This document shows, in pieces, positions 25,560 to 38,740 of a DNA stretch of 64,000 nucleotides. The notes under the pieces are model-generated. The model made no database searches and had not been told where the DNA came from. It saw only the letters and a program-made list of their open reading frames with translations. The stretch's first letter is position 1. Each line of letters opens with the position of its first letter. The stretch is from Camelus dromedarius. Its lineage: Eukaryota. Location of the stretch: the NCBI RefSeq assembly GCF_036321535.1, contig NC_087436.1, forward strand, positions 98,582,001-98,646,000, given 5' to 3'. Both the position numbers and the translations under genes were made by a program.

Positions 25560-26450
25560 ATATATTCTACATATATGCATACACACAGAAGTACAAAATT
25601 AGAGTAAGAAGTACTATGATGGAAAAATCAAAATTAGTACGGTGAATAAATGTTTGCAAGGAACTCTGTCAGAGGGAGCAAAGTGTGTAAACAAGTGAAG
25701 GTAAGGAATGTTTTGAGAACTCAAGCTGTATAATATTCTTGAGTATGGAACGTATGACAGTAAGAATTTCTGAGACTGAAACAAGCAGAGAATAGAAATG
25801 GAATTTGTCTTTTTGCCATACTCTCAGGTCTTGGGTTTATCCTGAGGATAATCAAAAGATGTTTAATTATAACTGAGTCTTTGTGATACTGTTTGAACTT
25901 AAGATATAAATAGGCCACAGAGAAAGACAGAGGAGGCAAAATGACTTACTGAGTCAAACTGTATCATAAACTAGGTGAAAAATTCTAACAAGTAAATTTA
26001 ATGCCAATGGGGAGATAAAAAGACAATGCATGATTTATAATATAGTAATCATATAAAACTGGTAGGTTTGGAAACAGGAGCCAGGAATAAGAAAAATGAA
26101 GAAATCAAGAAAGGCACAGACATACCTGAGTTTCTCAAAGTGAAGAATTATGGTACTGATCACCATGCTTGTAATAAAAAAAATGGAGAGGAAAGTTTAA
26201 GGAAAATACAATATTATGAATTCAGTGTTGAAGCTACTGAGTTTCAGTTGCCTATGTTATCTGTCCAAATACCAAGAAGATGTTTGAAAGCATAGGCCTG
26301 GACTCTAGGAGAAAAATTTGGACTGGGAAAATTAGCCGAGAGTTAGAATATAGAGATGACAAATATTGCCAGTGGAAGGAATGACATCTGCAGAGATGAG
26401 AGAAAAAAATGAGAAGAGAGCCTGGGATAGAATGCTGAGGGAAATAGCAG
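25560..26450 (-). mobile_element. L2 fragments
   Basis: atgaattcagtgttgaagctactgagtttcagttgcctatg...ggactctaggagaaaaatttggactgg, antisense L2 motifs. Confidence 0.55.
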
Positions 26451-28249
26451 AGAATATTTAAAGAAAAAGCAACCCTTTCCTCTGTTGACCTATAACTTTA
26501 TCTGGAGGCTACTCATAATCTCATACTCTACTAGAAGAGGAAAAAGGCAACACAAGGGAGAGGAATCTCCCTCATGTACTAACTGATTATCATTCTGAAA
26601 TTAATTACTTATGTCTTCTTCTTAGGGGACCATGCCATTTACCTGTGACACTTTGACCTTGACCTAGTCATTAAAAGAAAAAAGAAATGTCTATCATAGA
26701 ATACTAATTTTTGCATAATCACTGTATCTCTTAAATTTCATATTGTCTTTCAGTATCTCAATTTTTACTTTGTTTTCTTTGTTGAGTACCTAAACCAAGA
26801 ACTTGAAATCTGTAACTTTGACCTCTCTGGACAAAATGCTCAAACACATTGCCTTATGGATTTGTTGTTTTTTTGTTAAATAAACCTTGCTGACCCAAAT
26901 TGAAAATGAATTCTGTATAAAATTCTCTCTCCTAATTTCTAACTAAGAAACCCTGGATACAACCACAAAACTTGGCAGTTTGATAGCTCAAGAAATACAT
27001 CATTTCAAATATGAACTCTGGAGTGACCCCTCTGTTTTTCAATAATGGGTTTAACCTCACATCCTTCTCTAAACTTAGCTCTTTATTTCTCTTCCATTTC
27101 ACTTCCCTTGGAAGAGTACATTCTACTGCTTTCTCTATGTCTTTACTTCCTTCTCTGTAGTCCTATATCTCTAGAGAATCTTACTTTAACCCCGTATCTC
27201 TAAAGAAATTGCTTTTAACGATTCAGCAATGTCCTGCTGGGGCCAAAGACTCTGATAACATTTGATGTATCCATGAAGGTGAAGCAAAGACATCTATTTC
27301 TTGAAATTACCTGTGAGGACACCACTCGGTCTTCCCTGGCTAGACATATGCACAGCCCCCATTCAACCAGATACCATTGCCCAGAGTCTATTATTTCACA
27401 TGCTGTCTCTGTTCCACCAAGCCCTATCCAAAGAAAGAAAGGAAGAAAGAACAGAAGGGCAGCTCTAAGACCAATTAAATATAAGGAAAACTGTTCCAAT
27501 CATAAGTATGCAGATTGTAAAGAACATGGCAGTCTTTTTTTTAAAATCTTTATTTCCACAATAACAGATGTAAAGACCATGTGATTTTGGATCTGCTTTT
27601 GGAGATCCCACACACCAGATGATAAACTTACCTAAAAGTGATGCTAAACTAGAGGTATTCAGAGCTGAAACAATAGGTTCCTTTCTTCTCTTTAAACTAG
27701 TTGAGTTTTGTTTTTATTTACATGTCCATAAATTAGTCTAGAATAATCCACATAACTACCTTAAATGCTTGTTTTAGAAATTAAAATCAGACAAAGTATG
27801 TTCTCATTCTATTTGGGTCACAAAAATTTAGAAACGGTTTTTAAATAGAGCATGTTCAAACTACAAAAAAAGGCTTTCATTCAATCTAAAAAGACAAATA
27901 TTAATTACTACTAGAAAAGAAAAATACATGGATTAGCTTTCGAGGCTATAAACTGGAAATGTTCAACTGAAGTGAAGAGTCAGTGGTGAGAAGTGTTATG
28001 ATGGAGAGTGGTCAGATTTGAAATGAGCAAACACTTTCTAGATTCACTTTTTTTTTTTTACTTCAAAAAATATAAATGTTTAATGATATGAGTAGATAAC
28101 TCAAAAGCAAGCAAATATTAAGAACAATCTCTAGTAATTAAAAATTAAATTAAAAACAAAGAAATATTTCCCTATTAATTTAGCATATATTCACTTTTTA
28201 AATAACATGTAAATAAAGAATACATTCAAATTATTTATTTCTATTATAT

Positions 28250-30400
28250 TATTCTTTCATAATAATATTTAACATAGAGTGAATAGATGTAATATACACA
28301 AGTTACAAAACGTACATTTTAGTCTTGCTTATTTTGGGGTTTCATAAAAACATCCCTGTGAGAGCCCATGATTGGGTTAACAAATTGTAACAATCCCAGC
28401 CGCTTATCTCCTTAAAGAAGATGCACTTAGTAATTGCCTTGAGGTTTTAACAATGACCCAGGCCCCCAGCTATAAATGCTGGGCGTGCCTGCTGTTAGTC
28501 TTCTATCCCCAAAACAGCCTTGGGCTGGAATTGTAAAAAGCTGCAGACTCAGAGGTGAGAAGGCTGGTTAGCCAATGAAGGGTAAGATCCCCTGAGGGGG
28601 CAACCTAAGACAAGCACAGCCACCTGAGTCCAAGAAAAATCTTGTTAAGCAGCTGATTCTCATACGTTGGGCCCTGATAAGCTGAAAGGCTCAACACGTA
28701 TATGATTTACCAAAAAGGGTCTTCTGACCTTGAGCCAAACACCAACAATAAACAAAGCCTTTGTACTCATTGTGATCCCACCCTGTCCTTCCCTAAATTC
28801 CTGCTTCGACTGTACTCAATAAATATGAGAGATTTGAGAGGCTCATGGAGTTGGCTCCCAACTCCCTCTCGCTCTCTTGACTTTTCCCCAGAGTCTTGAG
28901 TAATTCATTCCGTCTCAGTGGGACTTCTGCTGGCCAGAACCCACAACTGGTGATGAACCCACACATCCCCATATAGGTAGTGTCCTGAGACTTCCAACAT
29001 CATGATTTTTAAAATTCATCCATGTTGTTGAGTAAAACTGTAATTCATTCATTTGCACTGCTGCAGACTATGGCAGATTTGTCACAACTTATTTCACCAT
29101 TGTCATGCTGATAGACAATTTGTGTCCATTTAGAAAAAATAAAACAAATAAAACTGCTGTGAATATTCTTGCACATTGCTGCACCCAAGTTCAAAAGTTT
29201 TTCCAGAGATTATACGAAGAAGAGGAATGGCTTGAACATATAGGATTTTAATGTTCAGTCCTACAAGACAAAATCAGATGGTTTGCAACTTTGTTTTATC
29301 TTTATATACTACCACCAGCATGTAGTTCCATATGACCCACATCCCATCCAACATTTCTGCCAACTGTTTAGTAAAAATGTAGTTTCTCATTTTGTTCTTA
29401 ATTTGTTTTTTCTTGATTTTTTTTTTTGAAAGAGAGCATACCTCTCTATACTTGTTGTCCATATGTATTTAGTCTCCTGGGAAATTTCTGTGCATCTTAA
29501 TACATTATCTGGTTTTGTTACTTTAAATTTTTAATTTTTAAAAATTAATCTGTGTACTAATTTATCCTCAGTTCTTTATATTCCTTTTACCTTGTCTTTT
29601 TACTTTTGTTATGATTCTTTTAATTAACACATATTTTAATTTTCATATTGTGAAAATTATCAATTTTTTCTGTACAAACAGTCATTTTAGGAGCTTGCTT
29701 CAGAAATATTTTCCTCTTTCAATGTGAAAACATTAATGCTTTTTAAGTTTAAATGTTTTTTAAAATATTTTCCTATTTAATCTAAGATTCATTGTTTTGT
29801 AAAGTAGATCTTTTCTATATTATTTATGAACCTGATTTTCAGTTTCATTTATTTAATATTATGTTTTCCTCCACAGGTTTTCAATTTCGTCTCTGCCATA
29901 TACATAGCATTTTCAGTTATCTAGGGATCAGTCTTTGGGTTTCTCTATAGTTTTCTGTTGGTCCTTTTCTGCTATCCTTGTGCTTACATCATATTAATTT
30001 ATTACCTATTTTATAAGATTTGATTGCATACTGGAAAAATTGCCCCTCTTTGTTCATTGTTAGTTTCATCTTGTTACATTTCTCATACAATCCTATTGAA
30101 GTTTTGTTTGAAATTATAACAAATCTATAGATCAATTTGAAATGAATAGATACCAGTATGATAATCATATTTCCTAAGAATAAACATGGGATATTTCTCC
30201 ATTAATTCAGTCCTTGTTCAAAGTTTCCCACAGATTTCTAGATTTCTGTACAGAAGTCTTGCATATATGTTATCAGATTTTTCTCAATAAATTTAACTTC
30301 GTTGCCATTGTTACTAATGTTATTTAAAATTCCAATTTTTAAACCGTAGGCTACTGTTTTAGAAATACATATTATATTTATCCTGCAATTTTTAAATAGT
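28250..30400 (-). mobile_element. Old L1ME fragment interrupted by an LTR
   Basis: aaattcatccatgttgttgagt, aaactgctgtgaatattcttgcacat, aaatctatagatcaatttg are antisense L1 ORF2/3' motifs. Confidence 0.7.
28357..28963 (+). mobile_element. ERV LTR (solo-like), relatively young
   Basis: TGTG...CACA termini; perfect 6-bp TSD catccc (28351-28356, 28964-28969); internal TATAAA and AATAAA; GC-rich versus flanks. Confidence 0.85.
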
Positions 30401-30751
30401 TACAGAGTCACTCAGGTTTTTTATTTTTCTTGAGTCCCTTTGACTGTGGTCCCTAACTTCAGGTGAATGAGCTAAGATAGAATACTTCACCTTGCTTCTG
30501 GCCCCAGGCTTTGCCCCTCAGTCAGTCCTGCTCTTGCCAGCTCACTTTGGGGGAACTCTTCTGAACTACACTTGGCTCCTACCATGGTAGTTCAGGCTCA
30601 TATGTTAAGAGAGAGCACAGCTTCTTTATATATGAGACCAGTGATACCCAGAAAGAGTTGCTTCTGCAAGTGGAATTTCCCCACGGACATAATGCTGGAA
30701 GCATAGCTATATTGTTTGTTATTAAAGTTAATATTTTAATCTTAAGAGAGA

Positions 30752-31010
30752 CAGCACAACATAATTCTATATTAACAAAAGCAAAAGTCTTTGAATTAGA
30801 CCCTTAGCTTTAAGTCTAAGTGCCTCATGTCTTCTTTGGGTAAGTATCTGCAAATTGCATTCTCACACCTCAATTTTCTTACCACAAAAATAGGAACAAT
30901 AATAGTACTTCTGACATAGGGTTGTTATACGGATTGAGTTAATATATATATAAAGCAAATACAGTAGTATGTGGACTGTAGTAAGCAATATAGAAGTAGT
31001 TGCTATTATT
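30752..31010 (+). mobile_element. MIR SINE
   Basis: cctcaattttcttaccacaaaaataggaacaataatagtacttctgacatagggttgttatacggattgagtt. Confidence 0.75.
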
Positions 31011-32140
31011 ATTAAATTAGTTTCATTTAAAATATGAGCTTAAGTGATTTTGCACTGGAAAATATTTTTCATAAAGGAAAGTATAACCTAGCATAAACTG
31101 CAGATGAATGAGCCACTACCTTAATTATTTTCTTTTTTCTGACTGACTCACAGATGGATTTTTCCTCTTATAAAACTGTTACGATTGGCTTTATCATCTT
31201 CTTGTCAATGACAGTTTAAAAAAGTGGATTTTGTAGCTAATAATTTGTCATAAAAATGTTTTCTTTGAAAAGCATTAGAAATCAGAAATCAGAAAGTTAA
31301 AGTAATAAATTCACAACTATATAAGTGAGAGTATGGCATAAAGTTTTCTTTTTAAGACTATAGGCATTTTTTGATACTACGCTGCTTTTGAAATACTTAA
31401 AATTCATCAAATCACTTTTTTTCAGGGAATAAGCTTAAGATAAAATAAATTATACTCTATTTGTTTCCTTTCTCTGTAATTATTTATACTATGACATTGA
31501 ACTTTCTAGAAAAGTGTAGAAAGTAAAGCATAAAATAAGTAATACTAGAACATTTATTTTTTAACAGAAATGATTTATGAAATATGTTTTAGAAATATGA
31601 TTTTGAACTTAAGTCCTACTTACATTGCAAGAGTTGTCTGAGTTGGCTCACATAAATAACCTGGAATTGAGTGAGTCAGACACAATGCATCAACAGTATA
31701 TAGATAATTACATTTTTGTGTCCTGGATATTTCCATATGGTGTGTATTATTGCATGATATGCATAATTGTATCACACACTCTTGATCGTAGTTTCTATAG
31801 GTTAATAAGAATTTTTAAAAGAATCAGAAAATTAATCTTTCTTAAATATAGAAAATAAGGGTAAATGTTTCTCCTTTCTTTGTATAGATATTTAGAAAGT
31901 ATAGTATGTCCAAACATCTTTTCCCTTTTTATTGCTTATTTGACAGAGTCAAAATAATTCCATTTCTCTAGAAGTCTGTTAGTAAAGTACATCTAAATCA
32001 CCTGGTTCCAATCCAGAAATCATCAACATTGATGATTATTGGGTATTATATATTGCAAAAAAACTCAGTTATTTTAATAATAGAGTGTCTTTTGAGATAT
32101 GATGTTTGACTAACAAGAGGCACCCTGTTTTTGTTGGATG

Positions 32141-32142
<2 letters not shown>

Positions 32143-32182
<40 letters not shown>
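32143..32182 (+). repeat. (TG)20 microsatellite
   Basis: Directly visible. Confidence 0.97.
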
Positions 32183-32186
<4 letters not shown>

Positions 32187-33789
32187 TAACTAAATGCCGA
32201 ATATCATGATAGTATTGACATCAGTGATTTTTAGGAAGCATTTTTGTTTCACTTACAAAGTAAGGAAGAACCTCAATTAAGCAACTAGGTAACAGAACCT
32301 ATGAACATACAGCCCCTGGTCACAATCTAGACCTAGCAATTATGAGTTGGAATCCTTACCAAGTTTTACAGCAAAAGTTCTGGTTCAGCCTCTTCTAAAG
32401 GTGCAGTGTGACAGGGAGAGACAAAAGTAAGAGGACAGAATATAAACGGAATGATCAGAGAGCAAAGAGGGACAATTGTCCTTATTAATCATATGGTGCT
32501 TTTTCCAGGCCACATTTAGTGACTGGAATAACCAAAACTAAAATATAGCAGTACACAAATCTAAAGTATTGCGAATTTAGCTTAGTATTTCCAAATTCAG
32601 GAAAAATTCCAATGTCATTTTGGGACATAGTATTAAGTATTGCATGATAAAATGTTACCATTTGATAAGCAGTTGCTTTGATATATGAGATTTCTTTCAA
32701 ACGTAGAAACAAAATAATAAGATAAATATCCCTTCCTATAAATAAATATTGATTATGTTGATATCTTACAAACTTTAGCTAATCTGATTTCACATGTAAG
32801 GAATTTTTTTTTTTTTAATCTGAAGGGTCTTTCAAAATGGTTTACGAAGGAGAAACTTTGCTCTACCCAAATGCCCAAGGAGACCTGGAAGGATGAAAAT
32901 ATGATACATACCCAGAAAACTAAACTTTTCACTTCCTGTTAAGCTCTATAATCAGATGTGTATTTTAAAATATGCTACATGTTATAAATCAAAGTAAGTG
33001 ATTTCTAGATTTTTAACCAGTTTTAATTATTGATTCCATGAAGTCCTCCAATTTTGCATAATGAAGATTTACTATTAATTGTGGTGATAACATATAACCT
33101 TAAAAGCCAATGCAGTAATGGACAAAAAAGAGTCTTAAAAGCAGTTTTCATCTAATGTGTCATTTATGTATGTATATATATGTATATACAGAAGTGTAGG
33201 AGACTATTAGACAGAAAGATATCTGTGGAGAACATCTACGATGGACACTTGATTATAATTAGTTACAGATTGCATGAGAAACTCGAGAAATAATGAACAT
33301 AAAAGTGTTATTCCTGATGCTCAGTGAATAAGGCTGTTTCATTTTGGGGGTAATGCAATTGATTAGAACATTCAGAAAAGAAAGACACAGAGTTGCAGGG
33401 TTTCTTGAGATTTACATGGTTACCAAAGTTACAGGGTTTGAAATTATAAAATAATAAATTAGTTTCTCACTGTTTGGTGGACTCCTAATTATTGGACTAA
33501 TAATATAAATCTGACAGGTGCAAGTGTGCCCTCTGGTATCTTTTCCTAAAGTGAAAATAGCTACTTAAGCATAGCTAAACAGTGGAATCTGAAAAAATGT
33601 AAAAATTAAAAAAAATGATTTATGAGGATGCTTCCATATGAATGTCACTTATATCTGAAACTAGTCAGCATCTTCTCCCTAACAAAGTTACTGTGCCAGA
33701 GATAAATTTCACTGATATAACTAACGCTTATATTTAATTAACTCTTCATTTTTGGTTCAAATAAGTTAGGTATTTATTTTCTCCAAACT

Positions 33790-34358
33790 TACTAAGGTTT
33801 GACATATAAAATAAACCTCACTCATTTTAAGAATATTGTTTGATAATTTTAGTAATTGTGTAAAATTATATAACCTCCACCAAAATGGTATAAAATTCTT
33901 CCTTTGCTGATTTGCCATCAATCTCCTCTCCTTTGCCTTTTAATAAATTGTATGCCTTCCATATAAATGGAATAACCCAGTCTGTTTGACTGCTTTCACA
34001 TAGCATATTGTTGAGAGTCAGTAATTTTTGTTACTGTACCAATAGTTCATTCCTTTATATTGCTAAGAAGTAGTCCATAATATGTATAAAGCACAACTTG
34101 TTTTGTTTATCCATTCACTATTTGATGAACATTGCATTAATTCTAGTTCTTAATAATCATAAATAGTGCTTCTGTGAACATTCACATAAATGTCTTTGTG
34201 TCGATATAGGTTTTCATTTCTCTTGGCACATATACTAAGAATGAGAATGCTGAGCTATGTAATAAGTAGTTGTTTAACACAAAAAGACCCAGCCAAACTA
34301 CTTTCAAAGTGGCTATACAATTTTGTATTCCAAGCAGCAATGTACAAGAGTTCTAGCG
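33790..34358 (-). mobile_element. Old L1M 3' end (antisense)
   Basis: tttatccattcactatttgatgaacattg, gcttctgtgaacattcacataaatgtctttgtg, caaagtggctatacaattttgtattcc. Confidence 0.8.
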
Positions 34359-34362
34359 GCCT

Positions 34363-34495
34363 CAAGAAAATGAAAAGACAACCTACGTATAGGCAGAAAA
34401 CATTTGCAAATCAAATATTTTAAAAAGATCTAGTCTCCAAAATATATAAAGAACTCTCACAACTCAACAAAAAAAGACAAATAGGCCAGTTAAAA
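34363..34495 (+). mobile_element. L1 ORF2 fragment (sense)
   Basis: Encodes KKMKRQPTYRQKTFAN and IYKELSQLN. Confidence 0.8.
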
Positions 34496-34510
34496 TATTT
34501 TTGGAGGCTG

Positions 34511-35040
34511 GAGCCTAACTTCCTGCCAAGATGTCTACTGGTGTGCCAATTACAGTCCTACGTGAGGCTGAAGGCCACCTCGTGACAGGTGAGACAAACA
34601 CCAGCTAGCTGTAACAAGGGAAGCTCAAGGAGGTGAAGGAAACGTGGACTGAACGCCCAGCTTCACAGTCACATTCCGAGCCAGCCTCATGGCACAGCTG
34701 GAGCAGGTGTAGGTCCGTGGCAGCAAACTCTGCTTTCTCATTTTGCCTGATGTGCTCAAAAACACACCCATGTTAAAGAGCATGAAAAATAAAACCCAAG
34801 GCTCTGAGGCTGGCCAGGGAAAAGCTGCTATTCTGAAGGCCCAAGTGGCCAGGAAAGGAAAATAATATGGAAATGTTTTCCGGAAGCAAAGATGAATTTA
34901 TCTGTTGAATAGAACTTTGCCCTTATTTTTTTCTTATAGGTTATCTGGGTTCCAGGTTGGGGGAGTGTATGCTGATGCATATGTTCTTGGCTTTCTCTTG
35001 ACATCTTTCTCTTTAGATCAGGGGAAACGTTAAACTAAAT
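34511..35040 (+). pseudogene. SNRPD3: Processed pseudogene of small nuclear ribonucleoprotein Sm D3
   Basis: ATG at 34531: MSTGVPITVLREAEGHLVTGETNT ... [52 protein letters not shown] ... GNVFRKQR* (stop 34893-34895); intronless, several stops and a frameshift; 5'UTR cttcctgccaag. Confidence 0.93.
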
Positions 35041-35059
35041 AATTTTTTTTTTCCTGGGG

Positions 35060-35425
35060 GAAAAAAATGAAGGTTGTCTAAAGGTAAACATTTCCAAGTT
35101 ATAAGATAAGTAAGGCCTAGGTAGGTAATGCACAACATGAGGACTATAGCTAACACTGATGTGTGATATACAGGACAGTTGTTAAGAGAGTAAATTCTAA
35201 GAGTTCTTATGGAGATACTGCATTTATATAAATATCCAGAATAGATAACTTGATAGAGACAAAAATGCAGATTATTGTTGCCAGGGGGTAAGGGGAGGGA
35301 CAATGAAGAGGTTAAGGGGCATGGGGGTTTTTTTTGGAAGTGGAAATCTTTCAACCTAGACACAGGTGGTGGTTCCACACCCTTTTGAATGGATTAAATG
35401 CATTGAATTGTGTGCTTTAAATTGG
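35060..35425 (+). mobile_element. L1MA/L1MB 3'UTR fragments
   Basis: aaggtaaacatttccaagttataagataagtaagg; catttatataaatatccagaatag...gattattgttgccagggg. Confidence 0.7.
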
Positions 35426-35429
35426 CTAG

Positions 35430-35697
35430 TAAGCTTGTTCACAGAATGATGATCTCAGGGTTTGCCACAGCAAGAGAGGGTGAGCCCAAATGCTCAAGAA
35501 CATTTGACTCTTACGCCAGCATCATGTTTGCCAAAGTCCTATTGAACAAAGCAAGCCACTCAACAATCCTACATTCAACGGGTGAGGAAATAGACCCCAG
35601 ATCTTGACGGAAGGAACTGTAAACGCACTTTCCCAAGGGGTGTGCATACAGATATGTAAGGAAGTATTTTGGTCACTTTTTTTTAATCCACCCACAG
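35430..35697 (-). mobile_element. MaLR (MLT1) LTR fragment
   Basis: tttgccaaagtcctattgaacaaagcaagccac...gaggaaatagaccccagatcttgacggaagg. Confidence 0.65.
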
Positions 35698-36424
35698 TAA
35701 AATGGTTTCTTCCCAAACCAGTATCATAATTGCAATACAAACAAAGTAAATGTTTATAATTAAACCAATACTATACAATAAATGCCTATAATAACATCCA
35801 CTATTTATGTATTATTTTCATACTATACATAAATTTGACAAATGTATTATTTGAGCAATTCACTAAGACATTATACATGAACAAATCAAAGAAATCAAAT
35901 CTCCCATGAATTGAAGCAATTTAGTCATCAACCTAGCATTAATTTTTCCTCAGCCTAGCCTTCTCCCTTCTGCACATCATATGTCCCTAGCCATATGGAC
36001 GTGGATCAGTGAACTATGGAAAATAATCAGAAGCTAAGTTGACAGTATAGTAGTTTTGATGGTTAGTTTTATGGGCCAACTCGACTGATATCCTCTGTCT
36101 CTCAGCCCATAGAGTTCAAAAATTGTTCTTGGTAACTCTATGAGATCTGAGGCTCCTGAGGATTAGCTAAGTATTCAGATATTTTAGGATTTAGTTGGTG
36201 GAACAGTTTCCTGAGAATCCATGTGTAAGGCAGTTATCTTTCTCTCCCAGATTTTTTTATGCTTTGAGTTTTTAAAATTTCTCCAGGCTCTCGCAACTTG
36301 AGCGAAGGTGGAATGTCCTGAAAACTAGTTTGCTGCCAGATACCTATTTTGAATCAGGTATCCAACTGCTGTTTGTTTTGGGTTTTTGTTGTTGTTTTGT
36401 TTTATTTTTGCACGTATTTGTAAT

Positions 36425-36590
36425 CTTCTTCCTTCCTTCCTTCCTTTCTTTCTTTTGTTCTTTCATTCTTTCTTTCTTTCCTTCCTTCCTTTCTCTTTCT
36501 TTTTCTTTCTTCCCTCCCTCCATCCTCCAATTCTTCCCTCCCCTCCCTCCTTCTGTCCCTTTCTCCCTTCTCTTGCTTGCTTGCTTTTCT
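36425..36590 (+). repeat. Compound (TTCC)n/(TTTC)n/(CCCT)n microsatellite
   Basis: Directly visible. Confidence 0.92.
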
Positions 36591-37419
36591 GAAAGCATCT
36601 AACTTAATTCTAAAAGCTTATGCCTGAGTCAGACAACTCAGCCTTGATGATGATATGCCTATACAAATAAGCCCCAAAATAACCCCCTGTATGACTTCAT
36701 CGCTGAGAATGCAACAAAAAAACAATAGGATTGTTGTAGAAAGAGACAGAATGACTTCTGTCTTATTTTCCAACATCTTCCCAGGAATCTTCGAATAAAT
36801 GTGCAACTGGAAACAAACAGTATTTTTTTAAATTTCACAATTGCAGACCTTTATAGAATACTCTGTTACAAAGTATGCTCTGTAGAATCCTTGTCACCAA
36901 TCTTCCATTTTATGAAATATGGAATCCCTTGATCATTCAGCCAAATGCTTAGACATTCATACACTGACATATATCCACACTTTGTTTCTCTCTTCCCAGG
37001 CAAAGAGAACAGGCATACAATGCTTAAAGTTTTAACAATTGGAAAGATTTCCTTTTCTCCTTGTCCTGCAGACTACATCCGAGGGAGCTGTTTTCTGCAA
37101 CAGTTTTGGTGGGTGACAATATATCTGGCAGAGCCAACTAAGTTTGAATTTTTAAAGCTGTGCATGTCAACTCAAAGGCAGGTGGCAATGCAGCTGAAGT
37201 AAGGTCACTGGAACAATGACTTGTCAGCTCAGGCATGTACTTGTCTGTTCAGGAGCTCTGGGAGCCTTACCCGGTATGCAGTTAGTAAACCAAACTCTCC
37301 TTAGTAGTGAAATGTTGCACAAATAACTCTACTGCTTGAAAGTTCCAAGGAAATGCGGTTTATGAAGAACAGCTCAGATTTTTAGACACTACAGAGGTCC
37401 ATCAAAGAGGGAGACAGTG

Positions 37420-38230
37420 ATCTTTTTGTGTATAAAATGTTAGATTTGGTTAAATAACTTGTTATTTGATATCTGTAATTATGAGTAAATTTAATTTTAA
37501 ATATTAATTTTCCATAATGTCCTCTACTTGTTTTGATATCAGATGAGCCAGCCTCATTAAGGCTACCTTCAGAAAGTGTAGTATTTTCCTTTGTAAGAAT
37601 GTGTGTACAAATGTGATTCTCTCTAGAAGAGAGTTTGTCTGAAAGAGTTTGTGTGTAAGTGGAGTGGTTCCTTAAATATTTGATGAAATATGCCTGGAAA
37701 TACTTCTGGGAACCTGATTTTTTCATGGTAAAGAGTTTTAAACTAATTCTATTTGTTTAATTATTATAAGCTTATTCAGATTCTATAATCCTTTGCGAGT
37801 CAGCTTGTTAAATTATAAATTTATAGGGAATTCTCCATGTATTTTATTTACATTTAAATGTATTGCCCATAGTTATTCATTATATGCATTCATCTATTTA
37901 ATTTTAAAGTATCTATAGGCATGTCCCCTCTTTAAAAATTTGTATGTCTTCTCTCTCTTTTCCCATAATCACTTAGATAAAAGTTACCTGATTATCTTTA
38001 ATGAATGAATGAATTTCCACTTAATTTTAATTTTTATTTTTTGACTTTCTGTCACCATATTCTGCCTTAAGTGTTTGAACTTTGTAGCTCATACATTTAG
38101 CTAATTATCTTGACACTGTCTTTTCTTAAAATTGAGCATTTAGGTTATAAAGTTCTCTATACATAATGCTTTGGCCGCATCCCACAAGTTGTGATAAGTA
38201 TTGTTATTTTTAGCATTCATTTATAAATGA
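37420..38230 (-). mobile_element. Old L1M ORF2 fragment
   Basis: attggcatag-like and gctttggccgcatcccacaagtt motifs of antisense L1 ORF2. Confidence 0.6.
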
Positions 38231-38319
38231 ACTACAGAAATTGCTCTCATTTATCTCTAAATCAAATCGGTTACAATGAATGTGAGAATATCTTGCTATC
38301 ATGGTGAATGTGTCTCCTT

Positions 38320-38740
38320 TACGCAACAAATTATTTAGAGTGCCGACAGTGGGCTGGCTTCTGGGGCTGCAGCAGTGAACAAACAGTGGAAGACAATGAT
38401 CTCTGCCCTTATGGAATTATTATAATGGAGAGGAATACAAAATAAAAATACTAAAAGAAATCAAACGTATCATTGTTAGAAGGTGATACTTCATATGAGA
38501 TAAACAAACAGACAAGGTGGAATGGGTTGAGCCTGCTGGTCAAGAAGATAGGTTTGTAATTACTCAGAGTAGACCTTGCTGAGAATGTGATATAATCTGT
38601 GAAGATGACAGCGTGAGCCATTTGTTTATATGAGCGAAGGACTTTTTAATCAGAAAAAAGCACAGTGCAAAGACCCAAGGCTTGAATATACCAGGCATAT
38701 TTCAAGGAGGTCGCTGTGACTGAAATAACTGCCGAGATAA
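38320..38740 (-). mobile_element. L2 fragment
   Basis: ctggggctgcagcagtgaacaaaca...ctctgcccttatggaattat; cacagtgcaaagacccaagg. Confidence 0.65.

Noticed and set aside
36330..36602. Hydrophobic transmembrane-like ORFs
   Set aside because: Translation of a pyrimidine microsatellite
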